A stretch of 64,000 bases of DNA, from positions 510,308-574,307 of the forward strand of contig CP129477.1 in assembly GCA_030583825.1 (NCBI GenBank). Reading direction: 5' to 3'. The translations under genes were made by a program, and so were the position numbers. Positions 56,224-64,000 of this stretch are shown piece by piece; position 1 is the stretch's first letter; every line of letters begins with the position of its first letter. The DNA is from Candidatus Dojkabacteria bacterium. Its GTDB lineage: Bacteria > Patescibacteriota > Dojkabacteria > GCA-002793355. The notes under the pieces were generated by a model. That model ran no database searches and was not told the origin of the DNA. It saw only the letters and a program-made list of their open reading frames with translations.

Positions 56224-57187
56224 CGTTTACTCCAGTTGCTGCTTCGAACCCCTTAAACTGTGGAGCACGGTTTGCTTCAATAATGACGGGGCCTTTTGAA
56301 GGCATCATAATGTCAACGCCGATAATTTCTGACTTCTGCAATTTCACGACATCAACGGCCATTTTCTTTATTTCCTCTGAAATCTCGACTGGATATGCAT
56401 CTGCACCTTGAGCGACATTTCCTTTCCACTGGCCAGTTTGAGGTTCTCGTCGCATTGCTCCAAGAACTTTATCGCCGACAACAAATACGCGGATATCACC
56501 TCTGTAGTCAATAACCTCTTGAAACATACACTCTTTGACTTTATGACCTTCGTATCGGAAGAATTCTTCAATTTCTTGTAGTGACGAAAACTTGAATACA
56601 CCTTTTCCTTTTGAACTTTCCGTTACCTTTACAATAATTGGGTACGAAAGGTGTGACAACATCTGCCTCATCATCGGAAGAGACACGACTGCGAACGATT
56701 TTGGATAGGGAAATCCAGTGCTAGAGGCTTTGTAGAAAGTTCCCAGCTTTGTCTTGTAGTACATCTCTGTGCCAATTTTTTCATCAACGACAATTTTGTC
56801 ATGCTTGAGCATGTAATTTGCAATAATCGTCGCCCACTCGAGAGTTTTGGCAATTTCACGGAAGATAATAACGTCAAAATAGCGTAAATCATACATTCCA
56901 GATACGACAGTTTCTTTCTTGCCAAGAAGAGAAGAAGTCACCTTTTTAGGAGATAATGATTCATCAGGAATAATTTTAATAGTTTGCACACCTTCAAAGT
57001 TTGCAGGATCGCTCATCTGTTCGTCTTTTGTCGGTGGGGTAAAGTACACACCAAATTGCGAGAAAAAGTTCGTTATAACGATATTTTTCTTTGAGAGATA
57101 GACAATCTCGTGGCCATTTTTTAACCCTTCAACAACGATTCTATCTGCTTCGTAATATGGCTTTAATCCAATAACTGCGATTTTCAT
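56153..57187 (-). CDS. RimK-type ATP-grasp ligase (alpha-L-glutamate ligase family)
   Basis: RimK-like N-terminus (MKIAVIGLKP..GHEIVYL). ATP-grasp core: IIVKVTESSKGKGVFKF, DIRVFVVGDKVLGAMRRE..GQWKGNVAQGA, IIGVDIMMPSKGPVIIEANRAPQFKGFEAATGVNVAGEII. Confidence 0.75.
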   Translation of the reverse strand: MKIAVIGLKPYYEADRIVVEGLKNGHEIVYLSKKNIVITNFFSQFGVYFTPPTKDEQMSDPANFEGVQTIKIIPDESLSPKKVTSSLLGKKETVVSGMYDLRYFDVIIFREIAKTLEWATIIANYMLKHDKIVVDEKIGTEMYYKTKLGTFYKASSTGFPYPKSFAVVSLPMMRQMLSHLSYPIIVKVTESSKGKGVFKFSSLQEIEEFFRYEGHKVKECMFQEVIDYRGDIRVFVVGDKVLGAMRREPQTGQWKGNVAQGADAYPVEISEEIKKMAVDVVKLQKSEIIGVDIMMPSKGPVIIEANRAPQFKGFEAATGVNVAGEIISYIENKYARLSKTKNEG

Positions 57188-57208
57188 GTATAAAGTATAC
57201 CTTAAATC

Positions 57209-58123
57209 TTAGCTAATATGTTCTGCGTACAGCTTGTTGATGTATTCCACAAAAAGTTTTGGAATATCAATGCCATGAGCTGTCATAAAGCCTTCAAATC
57301 CTGGAGTTCTGTTAACTTCAAGAAGGTATGGCTTGTTATCTTTCGTGTAAACAATATCAACGCCGCCAAATTGTGCTTCAGTTGCAACGCATGCTCGTGC
57401 AGCAAGGTCTCTCATTTCATCGGTAAGCTCAACAGGCTTAACACTGCCTCCAAGCGAAAAATTTGCCCTGAATTCTCCTTTCTTAGGAATTCTTTGCATT
57501 GCTCCTACTACTTGCTCTGCAACGACTAAAATGCGGTAATCTGCTTTCAAATCAAGCATCTGTTGAATATAGTAGCGTCCAACTGCCTTATCTTCGTTCA
57601 AATCTGCAAGTTTATTCTCGAGGTCTAAACGGTCATTCATTTTAAAAATGCTTGATCCTTTGCCTGCGGCTTTATGCTTTAATAAAAGCGGGTATCCAAT
57701 TTCTTTCTCGATAGTTGGGAGCATTTTCATGTATAAGGTGAATGTCGGAGCGTAAAATGTCTTTGGAAATGGTAATGCTGCTTGTGCGAGTTTTTGCCCA
57801 TCAACAATTTTATTCATAGTGTGGCGAATAACCGACAAATTGTTGTCAATGACCATCTTACCTTTGTTTCGCATATACGTAATGATGTTGATAGAGTATT
57901 TTGCGTAGAGAAAGACTTCTCGAACGAGCATAACATCGTATTGATCGAGGCTTCCTTTTGAGATATGAATAAAGTGGTCTCCATCTTGATCGAACACTGC
58001 ATGAATATCTTCAACTGCGAGTAAATCAACGTGCCATCCATCCTTTTTAAATGCACGAACTAATGATTGCGGCTCAAACTTTTCTTCAAAGGCCCGCTGA
58101 ATTAAAATTGCTAATTTTTTCAT
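57209..58123 (-). CDS. RimK-type ATP-grasp ligase (second paralog)
   Basis: ATP-grasp core: PLLLKHKAAGKGSSIF, YRILVVAEQVVGAMQRIPKKGEFRANFSLGG, FGGVDIVYTKDNKPYLLEVNRTPGFEGFMTAHGIDI. Confidence 0.75.
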   Translation of the reverse strand: MKKLAILIQRAFEEKFEPQSLVRAFKKDGWHVDLLAVEDIHAVFDQDGDHFIHISKGSLDQYDVMLVREVFLYAKYSINIITYMRNKGKMVIDNNLSVIRHTMNKIVDGQKLAQAALPFPKTFYAPTFTLYMKMLPTIEKEIGYPLLLKHKAAGKGSSIFKMNDRLDLENKLADLNEDKAVGRYYIQQMLDLKADYRILVVAEQVVGAMQRIPKKGEFRANFSLGGSVKPVELTDEMRDLAARACVATEAQFGGVDIVYTKDNKPYLLEVNRTPGFEGFMTAHGIDIPKLFVEYINKLYAEHIS

Positions 58124-58161
58124 TTTTGTTGACTAGATTAAGTTATCTCTTAGTATTTCCG

Positions 58162-59676
58162 TTAACGCATCGTAAACGTTTTTGACGGGTCAATAAGGAA
58201 TTCTTTTAAGTCTTTTCGCCCAAGAATAACGGGGTAAATCATTGCTGAACGATTGCTGACCGTAAGAATATATGTTTTTTTTATTCCGCCGAGTGCGATA
58301 TTTGCACGGATAATCGGTCGGATTGTGATTCCATTTCCAGAGCGAACAACAATAAAAGAGCTGATATAATCAAATTCCGAAAGTCTTGCTTTGTATGGTT
58401 CCATTGCTTCGTGTGCTGCGGCACTTGTTTTATACGTTTTGTCAAAAAGTTCCTGTACTTTTTCGAGTTCTTTGTATCCAAGCTGAATTGCCAAACGATA
58501 GTCAATCGAAGATTTTCGTGCGCCTGTGTCAATCTTTGCTTTAATAACTTCTGTCGGGATTTTTACCTGTTTCTTTCTTTTAGTACTCGATTTGAGTGCT
58601 GCTAATGCTTCTATTACCTCATCAACAGGGGTAATTGTGACAGTCTCTACTAAGCCGATAATCTCTTTACCGGTAATACTTTCGACTTGCTCTTCAATTT
58701 CACCACCAAAAAGATTCTTAGCAATCATTATTGCCTTTGCTACTGATTTCTTCTTTAGCCGACGTACCTGATTGATTCTCTCTAGGAGACCTTCTTGATT
58801 TGCTAACTGAATAGCTAAACCAGGTCTTGCGTTAAGTTCCAGGATTAATGGGCCTTTCTCTGCATCAATAGCGATATCAACGCCCAAAAAACCGAGCTTT
58901 GAATGCTGTTGGCACTTTGCTGTGAGTTCAAGAATTTTATCCCAGAAGGGGATTTTAATTCCCTGGAGGGGGATTTTAGGACTGTCTAATGTTTCTTCAA
59001 TCTCATTATACTGATCTCCGATCATATCAAAGCCTTTTCGGTGAATTGCAGTTGTTGTAACTCCACTTGCAATGTCAATTCCAACACCGATTCCTCCGGC
59101 ATGAAGGTTCGCTGTACCTTTAGACTCTTTTGTAGGAAGTCGTAACTCGGCCATAATTGGGATAGAATTGTATGCAATAACGCGAATATCCGGAATACCA
59201 CGGTATGAAAATGGCTTTAGTGTTTTATGGTTTACAATACGCTCTTCAAAAAAGGCAACATCAGCTTTTCCATCAATTGAGAACTTACCGTCAATAATAT
59301 CTGCTAAATGCTGTTTTATATCGTTTACAGACATACTCTCCATGTTAGGCATAATCCATTCTAATTTGCCCTTTTTCTGACCGTAAAACACTATAATACC
59401 TGCGCCGTGAGTTCCACGGTTAGGCTTAATGACAAAGCTTTTTGGCAAAGAGCTCCAGTTGATATACTCGATTTGCTCCTTTGTTCGGATAATTTTGAAT
59501 AACTCAGGGGTTTTAATTCTATATTTTGCAAGAAGCTTTTTACTTAAAAGTTTGTCATCTGCGTACTTTTTATACTTGCGTGGATTGAGCTTACGCATAA
59601 TAAGCCTGTTGCGGTGATTCAATCCAAGGATCTTGGTATTGGAATCGAAAATGTGGTGAAATGGCAGCCCGAACAT
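58162..59676 (-). CDS. ATP-grasp ligase (alpha-L-glutamate-ligase-related, TIGR02291-like) fused to C-terminal retropepsin-like 'Zn_protease' (RimB-like) domain
   Basis: N-terminus ILGLNHRNRLIMRKLNPRKYKKYADDKLLSKKL...FVIKPNRGTHGAGIIVF and ATP-grasp core (LILELNARPGLAIQLAN). The C-terminal ~150 aa carry KIDTGARKSSID...ILGRKDL, typical of the retropepsin-like domain found with RimK systems. Confidence 0.65.
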   Translation of the reverse strand: MFGLPFHHIFDSNTKILGLNHRNRLIMRKLNPRKYKKYADDKLLSKKLLAKYRIKTPELFKIIRTKEQIEYINWSSLPKSFVIKPNRGTHGAGIIVFYGQKKGKLEWIMPNMESMSVNDIKQHLADIIDGKFSIDGKADVAFFEERIVNHKTLKPFSYRGIPDIRVIAYNSIPIMAELRLPTKESKGTANLHAGGIGVGIDIASGVTTTAIHRKGFDMIGDQYNEIEETLDSPKIPLQGIKIPFWDKILELTAKCQQHSKLGFLGVDIAIDAEKGPLILELNARPGLAIQLANQEGLLERINQVRRLKKKSVAKAIMIAKNLFGGEIEEQVESITGKEIIGLVETVTITPVDEVIEALAALKSSTKRKKQVKIPTEVIKAKIDTGARKSSIDYRLAIQLGYKELEKVQELFDKTYKTSAAAHEAMEPYKARLSEFDYISSFIVVRSGNGITIRPIIRANIALGGIKKTYILTVSNRSAMIYPVILGRKDLKEFLIDPSKTFTMR

Positions 59677-59678
59677 AT

Positions 59679-60320
59679 TTAGTTTTTGAGAATTGACTTA
59701 AAGCGGAGAATCTCGGTAATTCTAATATTGCTCCATGTTGCGATAAGAATATTTGCCAAAAGCACTGCGATAAGAATTTCCTGATGGTTAACAAGTACGT
59801 TATTCCACCATTCCCAAACTAAAATGCTTCCACAAACAAGCCCTAATACGAAAGTTGTAACAATTCTACGCAGAAATTCCTGAGAATCCTTTTTAAATTG
59901 AAGCGTTGCAAGATCATCAATGGTTGTTCCAATAAGGAATGCTCCAATCATAATCATTGTTTTGCTAAAAAGAGGGATACCGGTAACCCAAGAAAGCACA
60001 GGAACAAGTGCGAATAGAAGTACGGTTCCGCCGAGATAAATGAATGCAATCCGTCCGTAGTAATTGATATTACGTTTTCTTATAGCGTAACGGGTAAGAA
60101 TAGCACCACCAATAACTGCGATAACAAACGATGCCCAGACGAATAATGTTACCCAAAATGAGCGAGTTGTTTCGTATATAAGATAGAAGGCGAGTGCGAG
60201 AGTAACTGCTGTATAGTTTCGCCATGTTTTGAATCCTATAATGTATCGTGTTGCTGCAATAATTGTAACGATAACTGGAAGATTCAGAATAATGGGAGCT
60301 ATGTCTTGGATGATAACCAT
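59679..60320 (-). CDS. 7-TM integral membrane protein (7TM module resembling the TM part of 7TM-transglutaminase proteins associated with ATP-grasp peptide ligases)
   Basis: 213 aa with seven predicted TM helices. No transglutaminase domain. Stop is 2 nt before the ATG of the ATP-grasp/protease gene (tight operon). Confidence 0.5.
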   Translation of the reverse strand: MVIIQDIAPIILNLPVIVTIIAATRYIIGFKTWRNYTAVTLALAFYLIYETTRSFWVTLFVWASFVIAVIGGAILTRYAIRKRNINYYGRIAFIYLGGTVLLFALVPVLSWVTGIPLFSKTMIMIGAFLIGTTIDDLATLQFKKDSQEFLRRIVTTFVLGLVCGSILVWEWWNNVLVNHQEILIAVLLANILIATWSNIRITEILRFKSILKN

Positions 60321-60343
60321 CTAAACCTATCTAAATTTAACAA

Positions 60344-60355
60344 GTTATTATACCA
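60344..60355 (-). promoter_or_regulatory. extended -10 (TGGTATAAT, minus strand) candidate promoter of the ATP-grasp operon
   Basis: Reverse complement of 60344..60355 reads TGGTATAATAAC, about 25 nt upstream of the 7TM gene ATG at 60320. Confidence 0.3.
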
Positions 60356-60493
60356 TTTTTAGTCAAATGCAACAATATTTAAGGGGGATTATTTAAAAGG
60401 AAAGGAGGAATATGTATGACCTATATATAATTCTATAGGTCTTTTGGGGGTATTGTTCTCTGGTGCATGATTTTTTGATATAATGCATTCGAT

Positions 60494-60566
60494 GCGCTCG
60501 TAGCTCAATGGATAGAGCAACTGCCTTCTAAGCAGTAGGTTGTGAGTTCGAGTCTCGCCGAGTGCA
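60494..60566 (+). tRNA. tRNA-Arg (anticodon TCT), 73 nt, with G3:U70 and A73
   Basis: Acceptor GCGCTCG/CGAGTGC (third pair G:U), D-arm GCTC-AATGGATA-GAGC, anticodon stem ACTGC/GCAGT with loop CTTCTAA, T-arm GTGAG-TTCGAGT-CTCGC. Preceded by TATAAT at 60477..60482. Confidence 0.8.
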
Positions 60567-60613
60567 AAGGTGAATTTTTCCTACGGAGTAGGAAGGGTTC
60601 ACCTTTTCTATTT
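60567..60613 (+). terminator. rho-independent terminator after tRNA-Arg (stem AAGGTGAA/TTCACCTT, then TTCTATTTT)
   Basis: An 8-bp stem encloses an inner mini-hairpin (TCCTAC/GTAGGA), followed by a T-rich tract. A second small hairpin with a T-run (GCAAGTGACCTTGCGTTTTT) lies at about 60634..60653. Confidence 0.5.
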
Positions 60614-60957
60614 TATGAGAGATTCGAAGCCTGAGGAAAAAGGCAAGTGACCTTGCGTTTTTCTGAATGGATGGGATGAAAAGCAATAATTTGCTTTTCG
60701 AGAGATAAAGTTTACTTTATCGGTTTTCAATGAAAACAAAGTAACCTTATCGAGGAAGTAACTCTCTCAGTGGCAACTAATTTACAACATTTGTTTTCCT
60801 TACTGTAAATTACTAGTCTTCGCTCAATCTAAAATATGCGCAAAAGCAGTTTATTATTGAGGTATCCAATTCGCGGTTGTTAATGCCTGTTCTTGAAAAT
60901 TAGACATTCCACGGGGTCGCAACAATAGAATTCTTCTTGCAGACAAAAACTTTACTG

Positions 60958-62061
60958 CTAATCAATAACTGGATAGCCACGTTTTGCGGACAAAAGTCTC
61001 TGATATATATAAGGGCCCGCGTAGGTGAAAATATTTTTCTTAAAATCAATTGGTGGTAGATACTCAACAAGCTCTGAGCTAAATCCTCTCTTAAATAGGT
61101 CGAGGCTTTCCCATGGATGTTTCATCTTCCTTTCAAGAATGTTTTTGGAAATAGCTCCTCCCCAGAGGTCGAGAATTTCGATATCTCCGGACTGTTGCAG
61201 GTCGGTAATGATGTGGTACAGGTTTACGTGTGAAGCATTCATTCTTTTTCCTCGCTGTGAAGTTGCCGCATGATAGTAATATGCCCGATTTCGGAATAAA
61301 ATGACTTGCGCAATTGTCAGCGGTTCTCCCTCAAAGTGGGTGACATATTGTCGTAACATGCCAGCTTTCTGGTATTCTTCAAGCTCTTGAGTGATATAGT
61401 CGTTGGGGAGAGGAGTAAAGCCTTTTGTACGTTCCATCTCGTTATAAAAAGAGAGAAATGTACTAAAGCTGACTGGTTCGGCCTCTACGGTAGTTTTTAT
61501 ACCTGCTTTAATGCCCTGTGTTACGCAGTGTCTGGAAGTCTTTCTGATTTTCATCAAATCAAACTCTTTGATATTGATAATATGGGTTACGCATGCGTCA
61601 ATTTCCTGCGTTGGGGCGCGGTTATACCCGAGCTGATAAATTCCTTTTAACAGTTCTGGGTCTTTTTGTATTCGTGGAGTCAATCGTGCAAATGCGGCAC
61701 CATGTTTTTGTAGTTGTTCTTTTATGAATGGGCCGAGAAGTTCAAAGGTTCGAAGTACTTTTTCTGGTTTTTGAGTCTTTATAGGCAAAGGAGTATGCTG
61801 AAAATAGATCATTTTTCCGCTTTGTGCCGGAATCAGCTGGTAGTGCAATAAGCCGCTCGGTTTGCCTTTTTCTTCTATCGCGAAAAAGAATAACTCTCTG
61901 CCGCGTCGGCGTAAGAACGAGAATCTTGCTGCCGAATTATAAAAAGTAAAATTTTCTGTCTGCTGTAACAGGTCATGATATTGGGCTTCCGTGATCTCTG
62001 TTATCTGCAGTGGTCTGTTTGCCATGCTTGTGAATTTTATCATATCAGAGGTTTTCTTCAC
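60958..62061 (-). CDS. FemAB/FemX-family (aminoacyl-tRNA-dependent) peptidyltransferase-like protein
   Basis: Similarity by eye to FemX-type motifs: ILDLWGGAIS (compare FemX LYDLGGI) and RAYYYHAATS (compare IWYMYAGS). The ~370-aa two-lobed GNAT-like length fits. Not confirmed by search. Confidence 0.55.
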   Translation of the reverse strand: MKKTSDMIKFTSMANRPLQITEITEAQYHDLLQQTENFTFYNSAARFSFLRRRGRELFFFAIEEKGKPSGLLHYQLIPAQSGKMIYFQHTPLPIKTQKPEKVLRTFELLGPFIKEQLQKHGAAFARLTPRIQKDPELLKGIYQLGYNRAPTQEIDACVTHIINIKEFDLMKIRKTSRHCVTQGIKAGIKTTVEAEPVSFSTFLSFYNEMERTKGFTPLPNDYITQELEEYQKAGMLRQYVTHFEGEPLTIAQVILFRNRAYYYHAATSQRGKRMNASHVNLYHIITDLQQSGDIEILDLWGGAISKNILERKMKHPWESLDLFKRGFSSELVEYLPPIDFKKNIFTYAGPYIYQRLLSAKRGYPVID

Positions 62062-62101
62062 ACTGAATTAGTTTTCTTTACAACTATACTATAATGTTTT
62101 C

Positions 62102-63712
62102 ATGATAAGTTTCGAGGCGCGTGGAACGGTAGTTGAAAAAGAACTTTCCCCAGAGCAAGATGGTGAGAAGAGAGTTTTCACTGTTGTTGGTATAGAATCG
62201 CATAATCCAGATAGAGAGTTGCCGCAGAATGTGAAAGATTTAGGACAACAAAAGAACCTTTTTCGTGTTGAGCAGGAAGATAAAGATCAGATTTTAGGAT
62301 TTGTGGAAAAAAGAATAGAAGCGATGAATGCGCATGACCCATCTTTGATTGAGAGATTTCCTGGATTTCTTGATGAAGCTTCTGAGCCGAAACCAACACT
62401 CGCAGAGATATTGGCTATGTCGCAGCAAATAATGCTGAGATATACTGGACAACATGTAGAAGGTATCGGTAAACCTAATAATTTGAGAGATCTTTTTGGT
62501 GAAAGTGCAAATTCCAGAGAAAGGCCTCAAATAAAATGTAACTTGTTTAGCAGTGCCTATATTCATGTTTTCAATACTCTTTGTGAACAGTATCATCCCG
62601 AAATCCTTGATTATTATGTACTTATGCCTGTAAATGCTGAAGCTGCGTTAGATGTTGCGCATGAAAGAGGGGTCAGGAGTCATACTGCGGGGTTTAGACG
62701 AATGCTTCCACACGGCTATCTCAATTTAGTAAGTATGCATGGGAGAAATGTTGATATAACGCCTATTGACCCTTATTGGGTAGCTCGTGGAGAAGGAGAC
62801 TATATGACTCCAGAAAATATTAAAAGTTTTGATAGAACAAGGTTTCGCCGTATTGATGCAATGCTTGCAATGGTTAATACTCCAGACCCTGTCGTACTAC
62901 ATGAAATGATATTAGAAGATGCTGAGGGAGAACAACTGCCTGAAAATAATTTATCTCATGCTTTATACTTGCAATCGGTTGTAGAGTTAAGAATTAATAA
63001 GCCTTATTACGATACATTACATCATGCCGAAGTTACGAATGATTCGTGGGATTTGAATATTAAAATATACGATGAGGCTATTTCCGAAATCGATCGAAAA
63101 GACGGTGGAGGCTCGAGCTCTTTGCGAAGAGCTGCATTAGTTGAAGCAAAGACTGCGGCTGAAAATGATATAGCTAAGGCAAATGTAGCGCACAATGAAT
63201 GGAGCAGGTTAAGACAGGTATATTTAAATCACAGAGATGCCTTGGCATTACGGGCACTTGAGCAAATGCAGGAAATAGAACCCTCAGATATGGAGTTATT
63301 TCTCCTCTTTAATGTGGAACATTCAATTTCGGATTATGGGGCGATTGTTGATCCAAGGCTCTATGATCAAGCAAAAAATATTATGAAAGAAGTGATAGAT
63401 TCCGGCAGAAAGCTGAATCTATCTTCTGAGGTTGGATATAGAATGGCAATGAGGGCAACCCGAGATGAATTCGTTATCCCGCAATATAAAGATCCTGATT
63501 TAGTCGTGGCTTCATATGAATTGCGTTTAATGGAGTGCATTTTCTATTCCCAGTCGGGAGTGAATAGGTGGATGGAACAACTTCCCCAGGCGGCATCACT
63601 TCCTCTCTCGCAACAAGCGACATATCGAAAATTTTTAGATAACCTTATTGTGGAATTAGCAGAGAGAAATCTTGATGTACAGAAGATTGAATATCTTCGA
63701 AATAAACTATAA
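62102..63712 (+). CDS. hypothetical protein
   Basis: 536-aa ORF, acidic and soluble, no TM. No recognised motif. Confidence 0.5.
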   Translation: MISFEARGTVVEKELSPEQDGEKRVFTVVGIESHNPDRELPQNVKDLGQQKNLFRVEQEDKDQILGFVEKRIEAMNAHDPSLIERFPGFLDEASEPKPTLAEILAMSQQIMLRYTGQHVEGIGKPNNLRDLFGESANSRERPQIKCNLFSSAYIHVFNTLCEQYHPEILDYYVLMPVNAEAALDVAHERGVRSHTAGFRRMLPHGYLNLVSMHGRNVDITPIDPYWVARGEGDYMTPENIKSFDRTRFRRIDAMLAMVNTPDPVVLHEMILEDAEGEQLPENNLSHALYLQSVVELRINKPYYDTLHHAEVTNDSWDLNIKIYDEAISEIDRKDGGGSSSLRRAALVEAKTAAENDIAKANVAHNEWSRLRQVYLNHRDALALRALEQMQEIEPSDMELFLLFNVEHSISDYGAIVDPRLYDQAKNIMKEVIDSGRKLNLSSEVGYRMAMRATRDEFVIPQYKDPDLVVASYELRLMECIFYSQSGVNRWMEQLPQAASLPLSQQATYRKFLDNLIVELAERNLDVQKIEYLRNKL

Positions 63713-63753
63713 AAAGCGATTCTATCCTATAGAAAAGTTTGTTATAATATTGT

Positions 63754-64000
63754 ATGAATGAATTGCGTATTATTTCTCCCATCGGAGAAACAGTAGAACA
63801 AGGTAAACCTCAAGAAATCTCTCACCAATTAACTGCTCACGTGCGTCCACGATATATTCAGACTGGCTTTAATCCAGACGATGGTGTATTTGAAAAGACA
63901 GAGCGTATTGTTCCCGATTATTCATTGCCGGCAGGTATTAAAGAAGATGTGCGGAACAGTAGGCAAACAGATGTAGAAACATTTCCTCCGTTGGAAGCAG
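63754..64000 (+). CDS. hypothetical protein (5' partial within window)
   Basis: ATG at 63754 opens a reading frame (MNELRIISPIGETVEQGKPQEISHQL...) that runs to the window end. Confidence 0.3.
   Translation, partial: MNELRIISPIGETVEQGKPQEISHQLTAHVRPRYIQTGFNPDDGVFEKTERIVPDYSLPAGIKEDVRNSRQTDVETFPPLEA

Overview
The window is low-GC (about 38%), gene-dense and reads cleanly in the standard genetic code. It looks like part of a small-genome bacterial chromosome, possibly a Patescibacteria/CPR-like or other reduced Gram-positive-type organism, but that is inference from gene content only. Housekeeping genes recognised from motifs: ftsH, polA, trpS, leuS, galE, an RsuA/RluB-type pseudouridine synthase, a DEAD-box helicase, an ABC-F ATPase, a Pif1 helicase, Fmt-like, Mpg, PDH-type E1 alpha/beta, and a XerC/D-type recombinase. 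There are seven tRNA genes (two with CAT anticodons, plus Ala-GGC, Val-TAC, Pro-CGG, Gly-CCC and Arg-TCT) and many membrane or surface proteins. No CRISPR array, rRNA or obvious transposase was found. The strongest candidate for a new system is a five-gene minus-strand operon (54499..60320). It encodes a 7TM membrane protein, an ATP-grasp ligase fused to a RimB-like retropepsin domain, two RimK-type ATP-grasp ligases, and a GNAT-fusion protein. It sits next to a FemX-like aminoacyl-tRNA transferase and a tRNA with an Arg (UCU) anticodon but alanine identity elements (G3:U70, A73). Other notable points: a ~0.85 kb GC-rich (~52%) island (27950..28810) with enterobacterial-like codon usage and a TAATG-coupled gene pair (193-aa protein plus 37-aa hydrophobic peptide); a tandem pseudo-PP2C/PP2C protein; a three-copy ~60-80 nt intergenic repeat family; an ABC exporter-like protein with a Walker-B E->Q change; a 22-bp perfect palindrome in a divergent promoter; and a cell-envelope glycosylation locus (two GT-C-like proteins plus galE). 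All calls rest on motif recognition by eye; no database searches were run.
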